Source: a bacterium
GTDB taxonomy: Bacteria > SZUA-182 > DTGQ01 > JAFGSM01
DNA length: 64,000 nt
Direction of reading: 5' to 3'
Assembly: GCA_049472335.1 (NCBI GenBank)
Contig: JBLIRO010000009.1
Coordinates: forward strand, 17,920-81,919
The translations under genes were made by a program, and so were the position numbers. Within the stretch, counting starts at the first letter, position 1; the number at the start of each line of letters is the position of its first letter. This document shows positions 19,101 through 27,766 of this stretch, one piece after another. Below the pieces are notes generated by a model. It had not been told where the DNA came from. It saw only the letters and a list, made by a program, of their open reading frames with translations, and searched no databases.

Positions 19101-20926
19101 TGGATATGACATCCGGTGCAGTCTGTGCCGCGGTAATCGATGGTGCAGGAATCCGAATCCGGGCAGGTATCATTGTCTGGATTGAAGTAATGACGGGAGC
19201 CGTTTCGGTGTTTATAATCATATCCTGAATTTCCGTAAGGGTCTCCGGGATTTGGCCAATATTCTCTGGCTTTGTCCTGGTGGCATACTTCACAGATATC
19301 CTTCGTGCTTGTTGGGATAGAAATGGAATTTTCTGAAGAATCAGGCTCGCGGATATCCTGTTTTAAAGGATCAAAGAAATTTACAACCCATGTGTCCCTA
19401 TTTGGATCTGCATGAAGATCGGCAAACAACTCGCACTCAGTCGTCCGGAATTGACTGTAATGACAATTATTACATATTTGTTTATAAATCCTTCCCTTAA
19501 TCATAAAGACATTGACATTCCCATGCTCATCTCCTGATCCATGCGGGTTATGACATACAATACAGTGTGAAAATCTATCTATGGGACCGGGTTTCCTTCG
19601 TCCTCCACTACCGATTTCTTTATAGACAAAATGAGAATATTTTGTAGGATGGCATTCCCTGCATGTATTCCACTGTTTGTGTCCCAGGCATATATCCGGA
19701 TATGACCTCTCATCGGCTCCCCAGCGTTCATCCCGGTACTTTGCCGTATCAAGGTGCCCGTTATACTTGCCAATGGGAAACCCATCAGGATAGTCAAAGG
19801 CTTGAAGTGACTCTACACAGACCTTTTCCCAAACCGTTTCATTGGACCAATGGCATTCCAGGCAGAAATTTTTTCTACCGTCTTCAGGGTCGAGGTTGAG
19901 GTCATGGGCGTGGCTGTGCGGATTTGAATAATTAGGGTCGATAGGGATATTCTCATTGTTCATGGCGCCTTTATTGGGATAAGTTTGTCTGTTGGAATAA
20001 GGATATCCCGTATCAAGCGTGGCCCCGGCATAGCTGTTTTGTGCGGTTACTCCATGCCCGCTTTTCGGCCAGTAATTCTGTCCCGGTACCTTGTCAGGAT
20101 CGGGCGCTGTTATCTCACAGCCATTCGGATTATTATCATAAAACCTGTTGGGAAAGGAGCAATACCGGCTTATATAGGACGCATATATCCCTCCGTCCTC
20201 ATATGAATCATCATGACATTGCAGGCAGGTTACAGTGCCGGGATCACCCCATTGCAGGACTCTAACGGAGTTGGGGTCTATATTGGGATCCTCCGGTAAG
20301 ACCTCAGATCCTTTTGGATAGAATCCTCCGTGGCATTCATAACATACCTTTGTATTGTTGAGGGTTGTGTTCTTAAGGTTATTATGCCCTTTAAAATAAA
20401 TAATAAACACCTTTTTGTCGTTATCGTGTCCGTTCGGGTCGGCTGGGACAGCGAGTTTATAATGATTCGGGTCATGGCAATCAAGACATGTCCTGCCAAG
20501 GCCAAAGGGCTGATAAACAAGATGGGAAAGGTGTCCTTTTTTCCTCTCTGCATAATCTTCTCTGAATTTATCAAGATATTCAGGTGAAAGGCTGGTGCGA
20601 GGCAGATTGGGATCCGGATCATAGGTAGAATAAAAGAGGGGGGATGGGGTATTCCCCGGACTCATAAAACATAAACAATTTGGGGAATTGGGATCGTTGG
20701 GATCGTAGGCCATATCAGGATACATATCCGGATGGCATTCCCAGCATCCCTCATTCTTTAAAGGCTCGGTTAAGAATTTTTCTATATTTTTGTAAACAAG
20801 GAAATTGTATTTGTTTTCTGTTGGAGCGGCCTGTGAATTGAGGATAAATGTATTTGAAAATACAAGACAAAGAATGAAGAATGCCCACAATATATAGTAG
20901 ATTGCTCTAAAATTTTTATTTATCAT
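13139..20926 (-). CDS. Giant secreted multiheme c-type cytochrome (2595 aa, about 69 CxxCH)
   Basis: Sec signal peptide (..NSQA|AP); 69 canonical CxxCH by manual count plus CxCH x2, CX3CH, CX4CH and CX14CH variants; Gly-rich C-terminal tail. Confidence 0.93.
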   Translation of the reverse strand: MINKNFRAIYYILWAFFILCLVFSNTFILNSQAAPTENKYNFLVYKNIEKFLTEPLKNEGCWECHPDMYPDMAYDPNDPNSPNCLCFMSPGNTPSPLFYSTYDPDPNLPRTSLSPEYLDKFREDYAERKKGHLSHLVYQPFGLGRTCLDCHDPNHYKLAVPADPNGHDNDKKVFIIYFKGHNNLKNTTLNNTKVCYECHGGFYPKGSEVLPEDPNIDPNSVRVLQWGDPGTVTCLQCHDDSYEDGGIYASYISRYCSFPNRFYDNNPNGCEITAPDPDKVPGQNYWPKSGHGVTAQNSYAGATLDTGYPYSNRQTYPNKGAMNNENIPIDPNYSNPHSHAHDLNLDPEDGRKNFCLECHWSNETVWEKVCVESLQAFDYPDGFPIGKYNGHLDTAKYRDERWGADERSYPDICLGHKQWNTCRECHPTKYSHFVYKEIGSGGRRKPGPIDRFSHCIVCHNPHGSGDEHGNVNVFMIKGRIYKQICNNCHYSQFRTTECELFADLHADPNRDTWVVNFFDPLKQDIREPDSSENSISIPTSTKDICEVCHQDKAREYWPNPGDPYGNSGYDYKHRNGSRHYFNPDNDTCPDSDSCTIDYRGTDCTGCHIHDPGPVPHPDDPDYDYETSDSRSVFNSRAFAPTCRCHGIGRIDIATFTVDGNQPDNSLSETLFGKGHGTPPPPFPVLDSSLTEEEDAHMAHTRYNFPCIACHIDPNGPLYDPNVEYEFVLDNYTPVSLDQYMKPYDQLMNPNNLFMNPNGTYEKDTRTCSNLYCHSNAKGGYADPISWSAVDKFIRDTNDPNCLDSYGRFKYCNECHMNPPDVPNPEDPNNLYNITDHIIGSSQTDPDIKCSDCHPHNGLYMEKINGIYMSNPEFYRHVNGKVDIGKIIFTFEPVGCGYCHKPDSPDLMFHDPNVSVDPNVLVNEPIEYDFPRDSCLYCHSIEHKEMKLCDPNMTDPDIDLQCIWCHLETLNDPEPDFGCDSDKKWLHSADAECTSCHSAVCDPNTIHHYNYQGTLPLSIEEKWNDVTSGCGACHHEEYLSDTSEKTSFRNAKVLHDKISPSTSCSECHGEHCTLEIDDISDCKECHIPQDDIKVGQNFLHDRYTGLDDCEYCHFKAHETEEMAFTEGTTQAEIEGKCIKCHNSNDLKSINVSCGRSGNHDTRANCLNCHKIYTIEDNIYKIKTGHYNMPTNLEGMEEAWSDVKPNDPAGNHCGVCHQDPQNPFDPSKKLHASITSACSVCHGAHCDMNILPGWTGDNTCGGCHVNGDVSLPGGQLLHSGLPPGVSCLECHPDHRDADSLRGYLDDPRKCGYCHGDPPAINVLCNGISVNGAHPPQATNCQTCHPGVYNKAAHYKNAGPVNVIQAWEGPNSCGICHSDLPVALCAAGPFSIHATLGPASDCSQCHGNHCDMNYGNTPAKCIACHSPNPAICDICGPGSITSHYAFDSMGVNHAAIQDCLSCHVEPLGGGEANPLEHIDNPRTFVKEGACLGCHSLSIIRHGATDPRGCYTCHPMHCVTEYARNDACIWCHTTNPPIVDICKMGIGITSHLTFDSSVFNLIQITNCIGCHVEPITGGEANPINHIDNPMTYVNPLTCLGCHTVPGPLDILTNYPLRAVPHGGSGLPWGGGVWPAVNCYSCHPTHCISTYCENQACVWCHTDVPLLKNVCGRPGLTPHTGDCVNCHVAGSPTGGECNPADHMNAPTYVRDGTCLGCHASVIATHGPGTEACVLCHPVHCSFTYCSEPQCKLCHNQPAFEIVSDYGCGIGLHDPPAYRECNRCHAGECNPMNHTLGPADRRGMPTDLSGMRLEWRDCGLCHSEAQAYHAPCNAPCTLCHSGTSNHACLNLDYCAENKCKCCHASPTFPINSDYGCGVGQHAAGAYVNCSLCHSNECNALNHMDKITDVSNMPLDWQTCGLCHMDAQAIHQKCNQPCTACHSGTGNHACLDLNYCAEPKCKCCHADPVFPINSDYGCGTGPHSAQAYIDCTMCHIQECNVNNHIDGLTDVSNMLLDWPTCGLCHADAQASHVNCPEPCTLCHSGTGNHSCAQLDYCAEIKCKCCHLDTIFINSDYGCGSGPHLTAAYVDCTMCHIGECAPLSHMDTMTDVSNMPLTWPACGLCHVDAQTIHVNCPEPCTLCHTGTSNHSCLELDYCAETKCKCCHDQATFPINSDYGCGTGTHAATAYVDCAMCHVGECTVGNHLDTTTDVSNMPLTWASCGLCHADAQASHANCPETCTMCHSGTSPHACLQLDYCADQKCRCCHINVPYHFNTPCDCSTCHSAECDPIEHDITGVSTSHPMDPLYYNYTGTVNDKGCTCCHAYPPQCVCVGISDTQDHCLDLVNGCSPQIYDCLPCHTLFNGQPNHIYTVYGTPAAIASCACHGNSLGTTGAHSKHLTTPVMAPVYATSTGNVIDCQACHSATTNLADHVICIPGTGVTAPVQFDAALPMIGLIDSYTPGATPGTGSCNLYCHSDGDEDPLDVPGTYIYFLGAPPFWNQTTGIISCGNAVLGTTASPIYQCHGYPPPPPGHPGGAGGGGGLGIQNCAACHPTPILGTVPDNTFHINGAVEVGGGGGLGGGGGGLGGGGGGGLGGGIPVI
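14147..15694. repeat. ~303-bp coding tandem repeat (about 5 copies) encoding a 101-aa tetraheme module
   Basis: The SDYGCG-coding segment recurs near 14415, 14718, 15018, 15321 and 15645; protein unit CKCCH-25-CxxCH-25-CGLCH-13-CTxCH-18. Confidence 0.92.
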
Positions 20927-21715
20927 CTGCCTAACCTAGATGTATAATTCAAAATAACAATAGAATCCCGGCATATTTTTTTCGTTTTTTAAAATATGCT
21001 TTTCTGCGGTTGCCGGAAAATCTGAAAAATCAAAATAAAAGCCTTTTTTTCATCTTTGCCAAAATGAAACAAAATGCATGAATGTTGAAAAAGAAAAACA
21101 TAATTCAACTGTGAAAATTAATATAAAACTTGATTAAATTATATAATAGTCAGTAATAATGTTATTAAATCATTCGTGTAAAAGGATAATCAATTGACAT
21201 AAAGTATGCAAGTATTGTTTCAAATTATTAATTGTAAAAAATAATTAAAGCATATGCCTTTAAAATTCAGACATATAATTATAATCTCTTTGTATATAAA
21301 CATCTATCGAATTATATCATAACTAAAATGCAAAAATCATGCTAAGAAAATGATATATATCAGATTAATTTTCTGACTGTAATAAAAAAACTCAACCCTT
21401 CTTAATCCTTCTTTTAGGCAACTAAATTTTGCTCTTATTTTTAAATTTATTAATTTATTATATATAACAAATATAACCATACGATTAGATATGTTAATAT
21501 TGTCATTAGAAATTAAGCTTATGCAAATCAAGGGCTTATTCACAATAAGATATAGTGGGGGATATATACAGATCTATCATTTTGCCAATTGAATTTTGGC
21601 ACATAGATTTTGATTTGTGATTTTTATATAGCTGTTTTATTAAAAACACAAATAATTATGTGAATTTATCCCTATTAAATATCAACTATCTAATTATAAA
21701 ACCAACTTTTTCGTT

Positions 21716-22243
21716 CTATAAAAGATTTTGTTGAATAAAGCTTATTATTGCCTCCTGTGGAGACAGATTATAATTATTCGCATATGAATATAATGAACTT
21801 CCAATATAATCAGCAACAATATCGTTCATGTAAAACATAGGTGTTGAACGGGCTATCATGTAGAATTGATATGCATACGAAAGGTACTGATAATATTGCA
21901 ATGCCTTGAAAATATTGGAATAACCAAGGTCAGCTCCAACACCGGGAAGATATCCTGATATCCCTGATCCTGGATAGTAACCGCCTAATAAGATATTTCC
22001 ATAGTACAAATATGGAGAATTCGTGTAACTCCCGAAATATGGATATGTGCCATAGTTTGTTATGGAAGTTGTTCCAAAAGACCATGGGTAGGTGTTTAAG
22101 GGTGAAATCCCCAAGTTGTTAACTGAGGTCAGCCCAAAAACACCAGGATATGTTGTTTGCGCGTTTATAGTTCCAAATGAAAAGAAAAGTGCTACTGTGA
22201 TGATTAAAAAGGAAAATACAATAGTTTTGGCTAATGATTTCAT
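21716..22243 (-). CDS. Secreted Tyr/Gly-rich hypothetical protein
   Basis: GGAGG RBS, signal peptide ..INA|Q, Tyr-rich low-complexity body, helical C-terminus. Confidence 0.75.
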   Translation of the reverse strand: MKSLAKTIVFSFLIITVALFFSFGTINAQTTYPGVFGLTSVNNLGISPLNTYPWSFGTTSITNYGTYPYFGSYTNSPYLYYGNILLGGYYPGSGISGYLPGVGADLGYSNIFKALQYYQYLSYAYQFYMIARSTPMFYMNDIVADYIGSSLYSYANNYNLSPQEAIISFIQQNLL

Positions 22244-22367
22244 AACATTTCACCTCCAATGAATATTGCTATTTTATTATTATATAAAATTATTATATAA
22301 AATCAATGACAAAAAAACAAGTTTTTACCAACATTTACCCATATTTTTTGTTGTCTTATATTTTATG

Positions 22368-22383
22368 TGCAAGCTAGGTGCCT
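22368..22383 (-). promoter_or_regulatory. Sigma-54 (-24/-12) promoter
   Basis: Minus strand AGGCAC-CTAGC-TTGCA, about 125 bp upstream of 21716..22243. Confidence 0.7.
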
Positions 22384-22686
22384 ATCTTACAGGATGTAGA
22401 AAAAAAAGTGTAAAATATATCTTTTTTGCCAAGAATTTTGCAATAAAAAAATAAAACCTTTTTCAGGCAAATGTCTATCCTTAAAATAATACATAAATAA
22501 TATACATTAAATTTAACCATTTCACAAGGATTTTTTTATTATTTCATTAATTATCAACATGATATAGTAATCTGTGCATTAATTTAAATATCAAGAACAA
22601 AATTTATGAAAAAGCCGAATAGATATACGTATGCGATATGTATGCTATAAAAGAAAAATCAGTAAGATTAAACAGGAAAGGAAAGT

Positions 22687-23385
22687 ATGGTTTTCAAACA
22701 GAAAATAAAGCCTGAAGGATTGGACATTCACGTAGGAATGAGTGTATCCGTTCGAAAGACTATGCCCGGTCGGGAAGGCATGATTCCGCTTGGAGAGGGA
22801 AAGATAAGAAAGATAACGAATGATCAAATCTCGATCCACATACCATTTTTGGAAGAAAAATTAGGGGAAGCGGACAAAATCAAGGTCTTCTGGGAGAGCG
22901 GAAGATACTATTTTTGTGGTACTGCATCTTCATTTTATCCCTATCAAAAACAATCTGATCTCCTGACGCTTAATCATCTGGATACAATTTATTACATAGA
23001 GAAGAGAAAACATATTCGTTTGTCAAAAACCCTTGTTATTGATTATAAATGGATTGCTCCTCCAGAAACCATATCCGAGTCGAGATCAAGACGAATAAGG
23101 ACAGGCAGGGCGGAAAATATTTGTTGTGGAGGTCTGGTATTTCTGACTCGGGATAGATTAGGGGTGGGCGACCTTTTGGAGTTAGGTTTTGAAATCCCCT
23201 CCTTTACCTCATTTATGATTTTTACACAGGCTAGAATAGTCAGAATAAGCCAAAACCGGGATACCAATCTTCCATACAAAATCGCTGTACAGTTCACAAA
23301 TATGGATCCTCATGACCGCAGGCTCATTGCTGAATTCATTTTATCGGAAATCAGCAAGCAGGACGGTAAATATCAAAACTCATAG
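22687..23385 (+). CDS. PilZ-domain (YcgR-like) c-di-GMP effector
   Basis: EKRKHIR (RxxxR) and NICCGG (D/NxSxxG variant); YcgR-like N-terminal domain. Confidence 0.8.
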   Translation: MVFKQKIKPEGLDIHVGMSVSVRKTMPGREGMIPLGEGKIRKITNDQISIHIPFLEEKLGEADKIKVFWESGRYYFCGTASSFYPYQKQSDLLTLNHLDTIYYIEKRKHIRLSKTLVIDYKWIAPPETISESRSRRIRTGRAENICCGGLVFLTRDRLGVGDLLELGFEIPSFTSFMIFTQARIVRISQNRDTNLPYKIAVQFTNMDPHDRRLIAEFILSEISKQDGKYQNS

Positions 23386-23599
23386 TAATAATCTATTATA
23401 ATCAATCTCATTTTCAAAATACTCTTTGATCTTTGTATACTCTGTGGTAATATTTTTAAACTATAGAGAACACAAAGGAATCAGATAGCCATATGCAAAA
23501 CTCGATGACATTGTTTCTGTAATTACTTGCGATTTAGTTTTTTGATATTAATTACAATGGATTAGTGTAAAATCACCTAACGCAAGGGGTTTTTAGTAG

Positions 23600-26326
23600 A
23601 TGGATCTGGAACATAATTGGCATAAGATAGACACCGATGAAGCCCTTGTCATTCTTAAATCCTGCCCCGATGGCCTTAATAAAGACGAAATATTGAGACG
23701 TAAAGCTCTTTACGGGCCCAATCGTATAAAAACTTTCCGTAAAATCAATCCATGGCTTATATTTTTAAAACAATTCAAGGACTTTCTCATTATTATTCTC
23801 CTTGTGGCTACCGTGATTTCACTACTCATAGGAGAGACTCTGGATGGTATCGTTATATTGGGGATTGTTATCCTTTGTGCTTTGCTGGGTTTCTTTCAAG
23901 AGTTTCGTTCAGAAAAGGCAGTCGAGGCCTTGAAAAAGATGGCATCTCCCACAGCCCGTGTCATAAGAGAAGGGATAGAGCAAATACTTCCCTCCGAAGA
24001 ACTCGTTCCGGGAGACATAATCTGCCTTCAAACAGGCGACCTCATACCGGCAGATGCAAGATTGCTGGAGTCTTCCAGTCTTTCCATCGATGAATCAATC
24101 TTGACAGGAGAATCGACCCCGGTCCCTAAAAGCCCGGACCCTATTCATTCGGATGATGTTTCTTTGGGCGACAGGCGAAACATGCTTTTTGCCTCAACAA
24201 TAATTAACCGGGGTCGGGGCAGGGGTATAGTTACTGCTACGGCTATGCAGACAGAATTTGGAAAGATAGCCGGTTTGCTCCAGGATATAAAATCTGAAAA
24301 AACCCCGCTTGAGAAACAAATGGCTGTCATCGGGAGATGGTTGGGATTGATATGTATGGGAGTATGCGCTGTTGCCTCGTTGTTGGGGATTTTGCGGGGA
24401 TATCCGATATTCGAGATGTTTGTATGGGGAGTAAGTCTTGCTGTAGCTGCTGTTCCGGAGGCACTGCCTGCTGTGGTCACAAGCGCTTTGGCAATAGGTG
24501 TCCAGAAAATGGCCAATCAGAAGGCCATTGTAAAAAAGCTGGCCGCTGTTGAAACATTGGGTTGTACAACTGTTATCTGTTCTGATAAGACAGGGACGTT
24601 AACGAAAAATGAGATGACGGTTCAGGAAATATGGGTCAATGGTGAACATTTTTATGTGTCAGGAACCGGATATGCGCCTGATGGTAGTTTCATAAAGGAT
24701 GGGCAGGCTATCCATCCGGGCTCTTATCCTGTTTTAAAAAGACTGCTTGAGCTGGGTATTCTTTGCAATGATGCCATTTTGACTGAAAAAGAGGGTGAAT
24801 GGACTATCATTGGTGATCCGACAGAAGGCGCCCTGGTTGTTGCCGGTGAAAAGGGTGGGCTTGATCATCCCGGATTGAGGAAACAAAAGCCCCGTCTGGG
24901 AGAAATCCCGTTTGAAGAGGGTCGAAAGATGATGTCCACTATCCATTCACTAGAGAATAATAAACAGCTTGTAGCTACAAAAGGGGCCCCTGAGATCGTC
25001 ATCAAGAGTTGTTCTCATATACAGAAAGATAATGAAATTTTCGAAATTACAAATCAAATGAGAGAGAAGATACTCTCTGTTAATGAGACTATGGCCAAAA
25101 AGGCATTAAGGGTCCTTGCTCTGGCATGGAAGGAAATCCCTAATGATAACCTGAGAATCGATTCTGACCGGGTAGAGAAAGGGCTTGTTTTTTGTGGTCT
25201 TGTTGGAATGATAGATCCGCCAAGGAAAGAGGTTTTGTCATCTGTGAAAGATTGCAGATTGGCTGGGATCAGGCCGGTCATGGCTACCGGAGATCATAAG
25301 ATAACAGCCCAGGCTATTGCCAGGGCTGTGGGAATTCTGGATGATACTTGGAATGAAATTGACCAGAGGGACGAGGTCCTGAGCGGAGAAGATTTTGAGA
25401 ACATGACAGATCAGGATATCGACGGAATAATTCACAAAGTAAAGGTCTTCGCGAGGGTTTCACCTGAACATAAGCTCAGGATTGTCGATGCTTACAAAAG
25501 GAAAGGCGACGTTGTGGCAATGACGGGTGACGGGGTGAATGATGCCCCGGCCTTAAAAAGGGCGGATATAGGCGTTGCCATGGGAATCAAGGGAACCGAC
25601 GTAAGCCGCGAGGCCGCGGATATGGTCCTGGCGGATGATAATTTTGCAACAATTGTCGCGGCAGTAAAAGAGGGCAGGGCCGCCTTTGAAAATATAAAAA
25701 AGTATTTAATTTTTCTGCTCTCCTGTAATTTAGGAGAAATACTGATACTTACCGGTGCATTCTTTTTGGGACTTCCTATCCCCCTTATAGCTATTCAGAT
25801 TCTCTGGGTAAATCTAACAACGGATGGCCTGCCTGCATTGGCCTTGGGAATAGATCCGCCTGATCCGGATATCATGAATAATCCTCCAAGAGGAAAGGAT
25901 TCTTCAATATTCACCCCATGGCTTGTCGGCTTGATCTTTATAATCGCCTTGCATATATTTTTAGTTCTCATTTGCAGTTTCTATTCCTATTTACGTTTTA
26001 CAGAATTGGCTAAGGCTCAGACAATGGTTTTTCTTTCTATGATTTTTCTCGAGATGTTCAATGCGTTTAACTGCCGCTCACATAAATATTCTATTAAAAA
26101 GATAGGGCCTTTACAGAACCGTTGGTTAATAGGAGCTGTATCGGCCTCTATAGCCCTGAGTGTATTGGTTATACATATCCCTTTTATGAATGTTTTGTTT
26201 CATACCAGACCTCTCGGATTTTGGGACTGGATTGTAGCGGTTTTTTCGAGCAGCACAATCATATTGATTGTTGAGATTGCAAAGTTTTTCAGGAGCCATT
26301 ACTTAATGTCTCATGATGTCTCATGA
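23600..26326 (+). CDS. P-type IIA (Ca2+-type) cation-transporting ATPase
   Basis: TGES, PEAL, DKTGTLT, KGAPE, TGDGVNDAPALK, ILWVNLTTDG. Confidence 0.95.
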   Translation: MDLEHNWHKIDTDEALVILKSCPDGLNKDEILRRKALYGPNRIKTFRKINPWLIFLKQFKDFLIIILLVATVISLLIGETLDGIVILGIVILCALLGFFQEFRSEKAVEALKKMASPTARVIREGIEQILPSEELVPGDIICLQTGDLIPADARLLESSSLSIDESILTGESTPVPKSPDPIHSDDVSLGDRRNMLFASTIINRGRGRGIVTATAMQTEFGKIAGLLQDIKSEKTPLEKQMAVIGRWLGLICMGVCAVASLLGILRGYPIFEMFVWGVSLAVAAVPEALPAVVTSALAIGVQKMANQKAIVKKLAAVETLGCTTVICSDKTGTLTKNEMTVQEIWVNGEHFYVSGTGYAPDGSFIKDGQAIHPGSYPVLKRLLELGILCNDAILTEKEGEWTIIGDPTEGALVVAGEKGGLDHPGLRKQKPRLGEIPFEEGRKMMSTIHSLENNKQLVATKGAPEIVIKSCSHIQKDNEIFEITNQMREKILSVNETMAKKALRVLALAWKEIPNDNLRIDSDRVEKGLVFCGLVGMIDPPRKEVLSSVKDCRLAGIRPVMATGDHKITAQAIARAVGILDDTWNEIDQRDEVLSGEDFENMTDQDIDGIIHKVKVFARVSPEHKLRIVDAYKRKGDVVAMTGDGVNDAPALKRADIGVAMGIKGTDVSREAADMVLADDNFATIVAAVKEGRAAFENIKKYLIFLLSCNLGEILILTGAFFLGLPIPLIAIQILWVNLTTDGLPALALGIDPPDPDIMNNPPRGKDSSIFTPWLVGLIFIIALHIFLVLICSFYSYLRFTELAKAQTMVFLSMIFLEMFNAFNCRSHKYSIKKIGPLQNRWLIGAVSASIALSVLVIHIPFMNVLFHTRPLGFWDWIVAVFSSSTIILIVEIAKFFRSHYLMSHDVS

Positions 26327-26803
26327 CGATTTCAAAGGCAAGATCCGGGTTTAAACAAAATATCTTTATAGGCTTTCGCATTATTGATACGGGCCCTTCT
26401 GGCAGACATCCTCATAAATAAATATTTTTCTTGTGTAGTAATGAATTTTAAAAAAAATCGTCTGTATTTTATATGTGTTAAAATTATCTATTTAACTTTC
26501 ACATAAATTAAAAATCCTTTTATAAAAGACTATTCTGAATAATGTTAATATTTTTCGATTCATAATTTTGCTTAATGTATTGTTTTTTATTATGTTATAT
26601 CTTTTTAATGTCTTTTGAAATCACAAATATCTATTATTTTCCCCTGCGGCCTTATGGAATATTTTTAAATGAAGGCCAAAAACTCTGATTGATAATCTTT
26701 TTAAGTTCACATAGTCTAAAAAAAGGGGGGTGATAACAATCAGATAAGACAGCAAAAAAGGATTAATATTTCTTGGATTTCATCAAGTCAAGGAGGATTG
26801 ATT

Positions 26804-27532
26804 ATGAAAGAGTTAAGAAAATCGTTGCCTCAGCTTTTGGGTTTAAGTATTATCTTTGCTTTTATTATATGTCTTGCCGTTTTTCCAAACGTTGTGGCCA
26901 TGGCTGGTGGCGGCGGCGGTGGTGGCGGCGGTGGCGGCATGAGTGCTGGCGGCTTCGGTGGTGGCTTCAGTGCCGGCGGCTTCGGTGGTGGCATGAGTGC
27001 TGGCGGCTTAATGGCAGCTGGAAGTATGGCTGGTAGTATGCTCGGTTATGGAGGAGGCTACGGTGGCGGTTATGGTATGATTGGAGGATATAGCGGTGCT
27101 CAGGGTCTCATGGGAGCGGGCTTAGGCTATATGAATCAAGCTGCTGGTCTAGGTAGTATGTACGGATATGGTGGTTATGGAATGACCACCGGACAGGCGG
27201 GCCTTATGAACCAGGCTGCTGCAATGGCCATGGGAGCGGGATCTATGTACGGTTACGGACAAACTGGCGGATATGGTGGTTATGGAATGCCCACTGGGCA
27301 GGCAGGCCTTATGAACCAGGCTGCTGCAATGGCCATGGGAGCGGGATCTATGTACGGTTATGGGGCTCAGGGCAGCGGCTATATGAGCCAGTATGGGGCT
27401 CAGGGCTACGGATATATGGGCATGGGCTCAGGCTATATGAACCAGTTTGGACAAGCTAACATGATGAACCAGGCCAATTATATGATGAGTAATATGCTGC
27501 AATATTTAAACAAAGATGAGACGAATGAGTAA
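26804..27532 (+). CDS. Secreted Gly/Met/Tyr-rich low-complexity protein
   Basis: AGGAGG RBS before ATG at 26804; hydrophobic signal ..VVA|MA; poly-Gly, SAGGFGGG and a 35-aa internal duplication. Confidence 0.78.
   Translation: MKELRKSLPQLLGLSIIFAFIICLAVFPNVVAMAGGGGGGGGGGGMSAGGFGGGFSAGGFGGGMSAGGLMAAGSMAGSMLGYGGGYGGGYGMIGGYSGAQGLMGAGLGYMNQAAGLGSMYGYGGYGMTTGQAGLMNQAAAMAMGAGSMYGYGQTGGYGGYGMPTGQAGLMNQAAAMAMGAGSMYGYGAQGSGYMSQYGAQGYGYMGMGSGYMNQFGQANMMNQANYMMSNMLQYLNKDETNE
27164..27364. repeat. 105-bp-period direct repeat within the Gly/Met-rich gene
   Basis: GYGGYGMxTGQAGLMNQAAAMAMGAGSMYGYG encoded at 27164 and again at 27269. Confidence 0.9.
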
Positions 27533-27581
27533 TAAGCCTATAAGCAAAGCAGCTATAAATCTTTTTTAAATCTTAATTGCC

Positions 27582-27627
27582 AGGGGATTCACTATGGCAT
27601 AAAATCTCGAGTGAATCCCCTCTTTTG
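27582..27627 (+). terminator. Putative intrinsic terminator
   Basis: AGGGGATTCAC...GTGAATCCCCT stem followed by CTTTTG. Confidence 0.6.
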
Positions 27628-27704
27628 TATCCCTTTTAACCCAGATCCTGCTTAATCTCTTTTGGGGAATTCTTGTTTGCTTTAGATGTTTAGACGCTTA
27701 ATAC

Positions 27705-27753
27705 GCAGAGGGAATTCAGCGGAAGTTAAATAAAACCGCCAAAATCCCTCTGC
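27705..27753 (-). terminator. Stem-loop downstream of the convergent 27767..28963 gene
   Basis: GCAGAGGGA(ATT)..GCGG / CCGC..(AA)TCCCTCTGC. Confidence 0.5.
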
Positions 27754-27766
27754 CATTTATGAATTT

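Noticed and set aside
21597..21613. TGGCAC as a sigma-54 promoter
   Set aside because: No GC at the -12 position (TGGCAC-ATAGA-TTTTGA) and it points at no gene start.
22244..22686. c-di-GMP riboswitch near the PilZ gene
   Set aside because: The region is very AT-rich and I found no two-hairpin GEMM-like structure by eye.
26306..26326. 10-bp duplication ATGTCTCATG at the ATPase stop as a target-site duplication
   Set aside because: The copies are directly adjacent with no intervening element; likely slippage.
26773..27036. WWRRR-rich 87-aa ORF
   Set aside because: Frame-shifted reading of the GGC/GGT runs of the Gly-rich gene.
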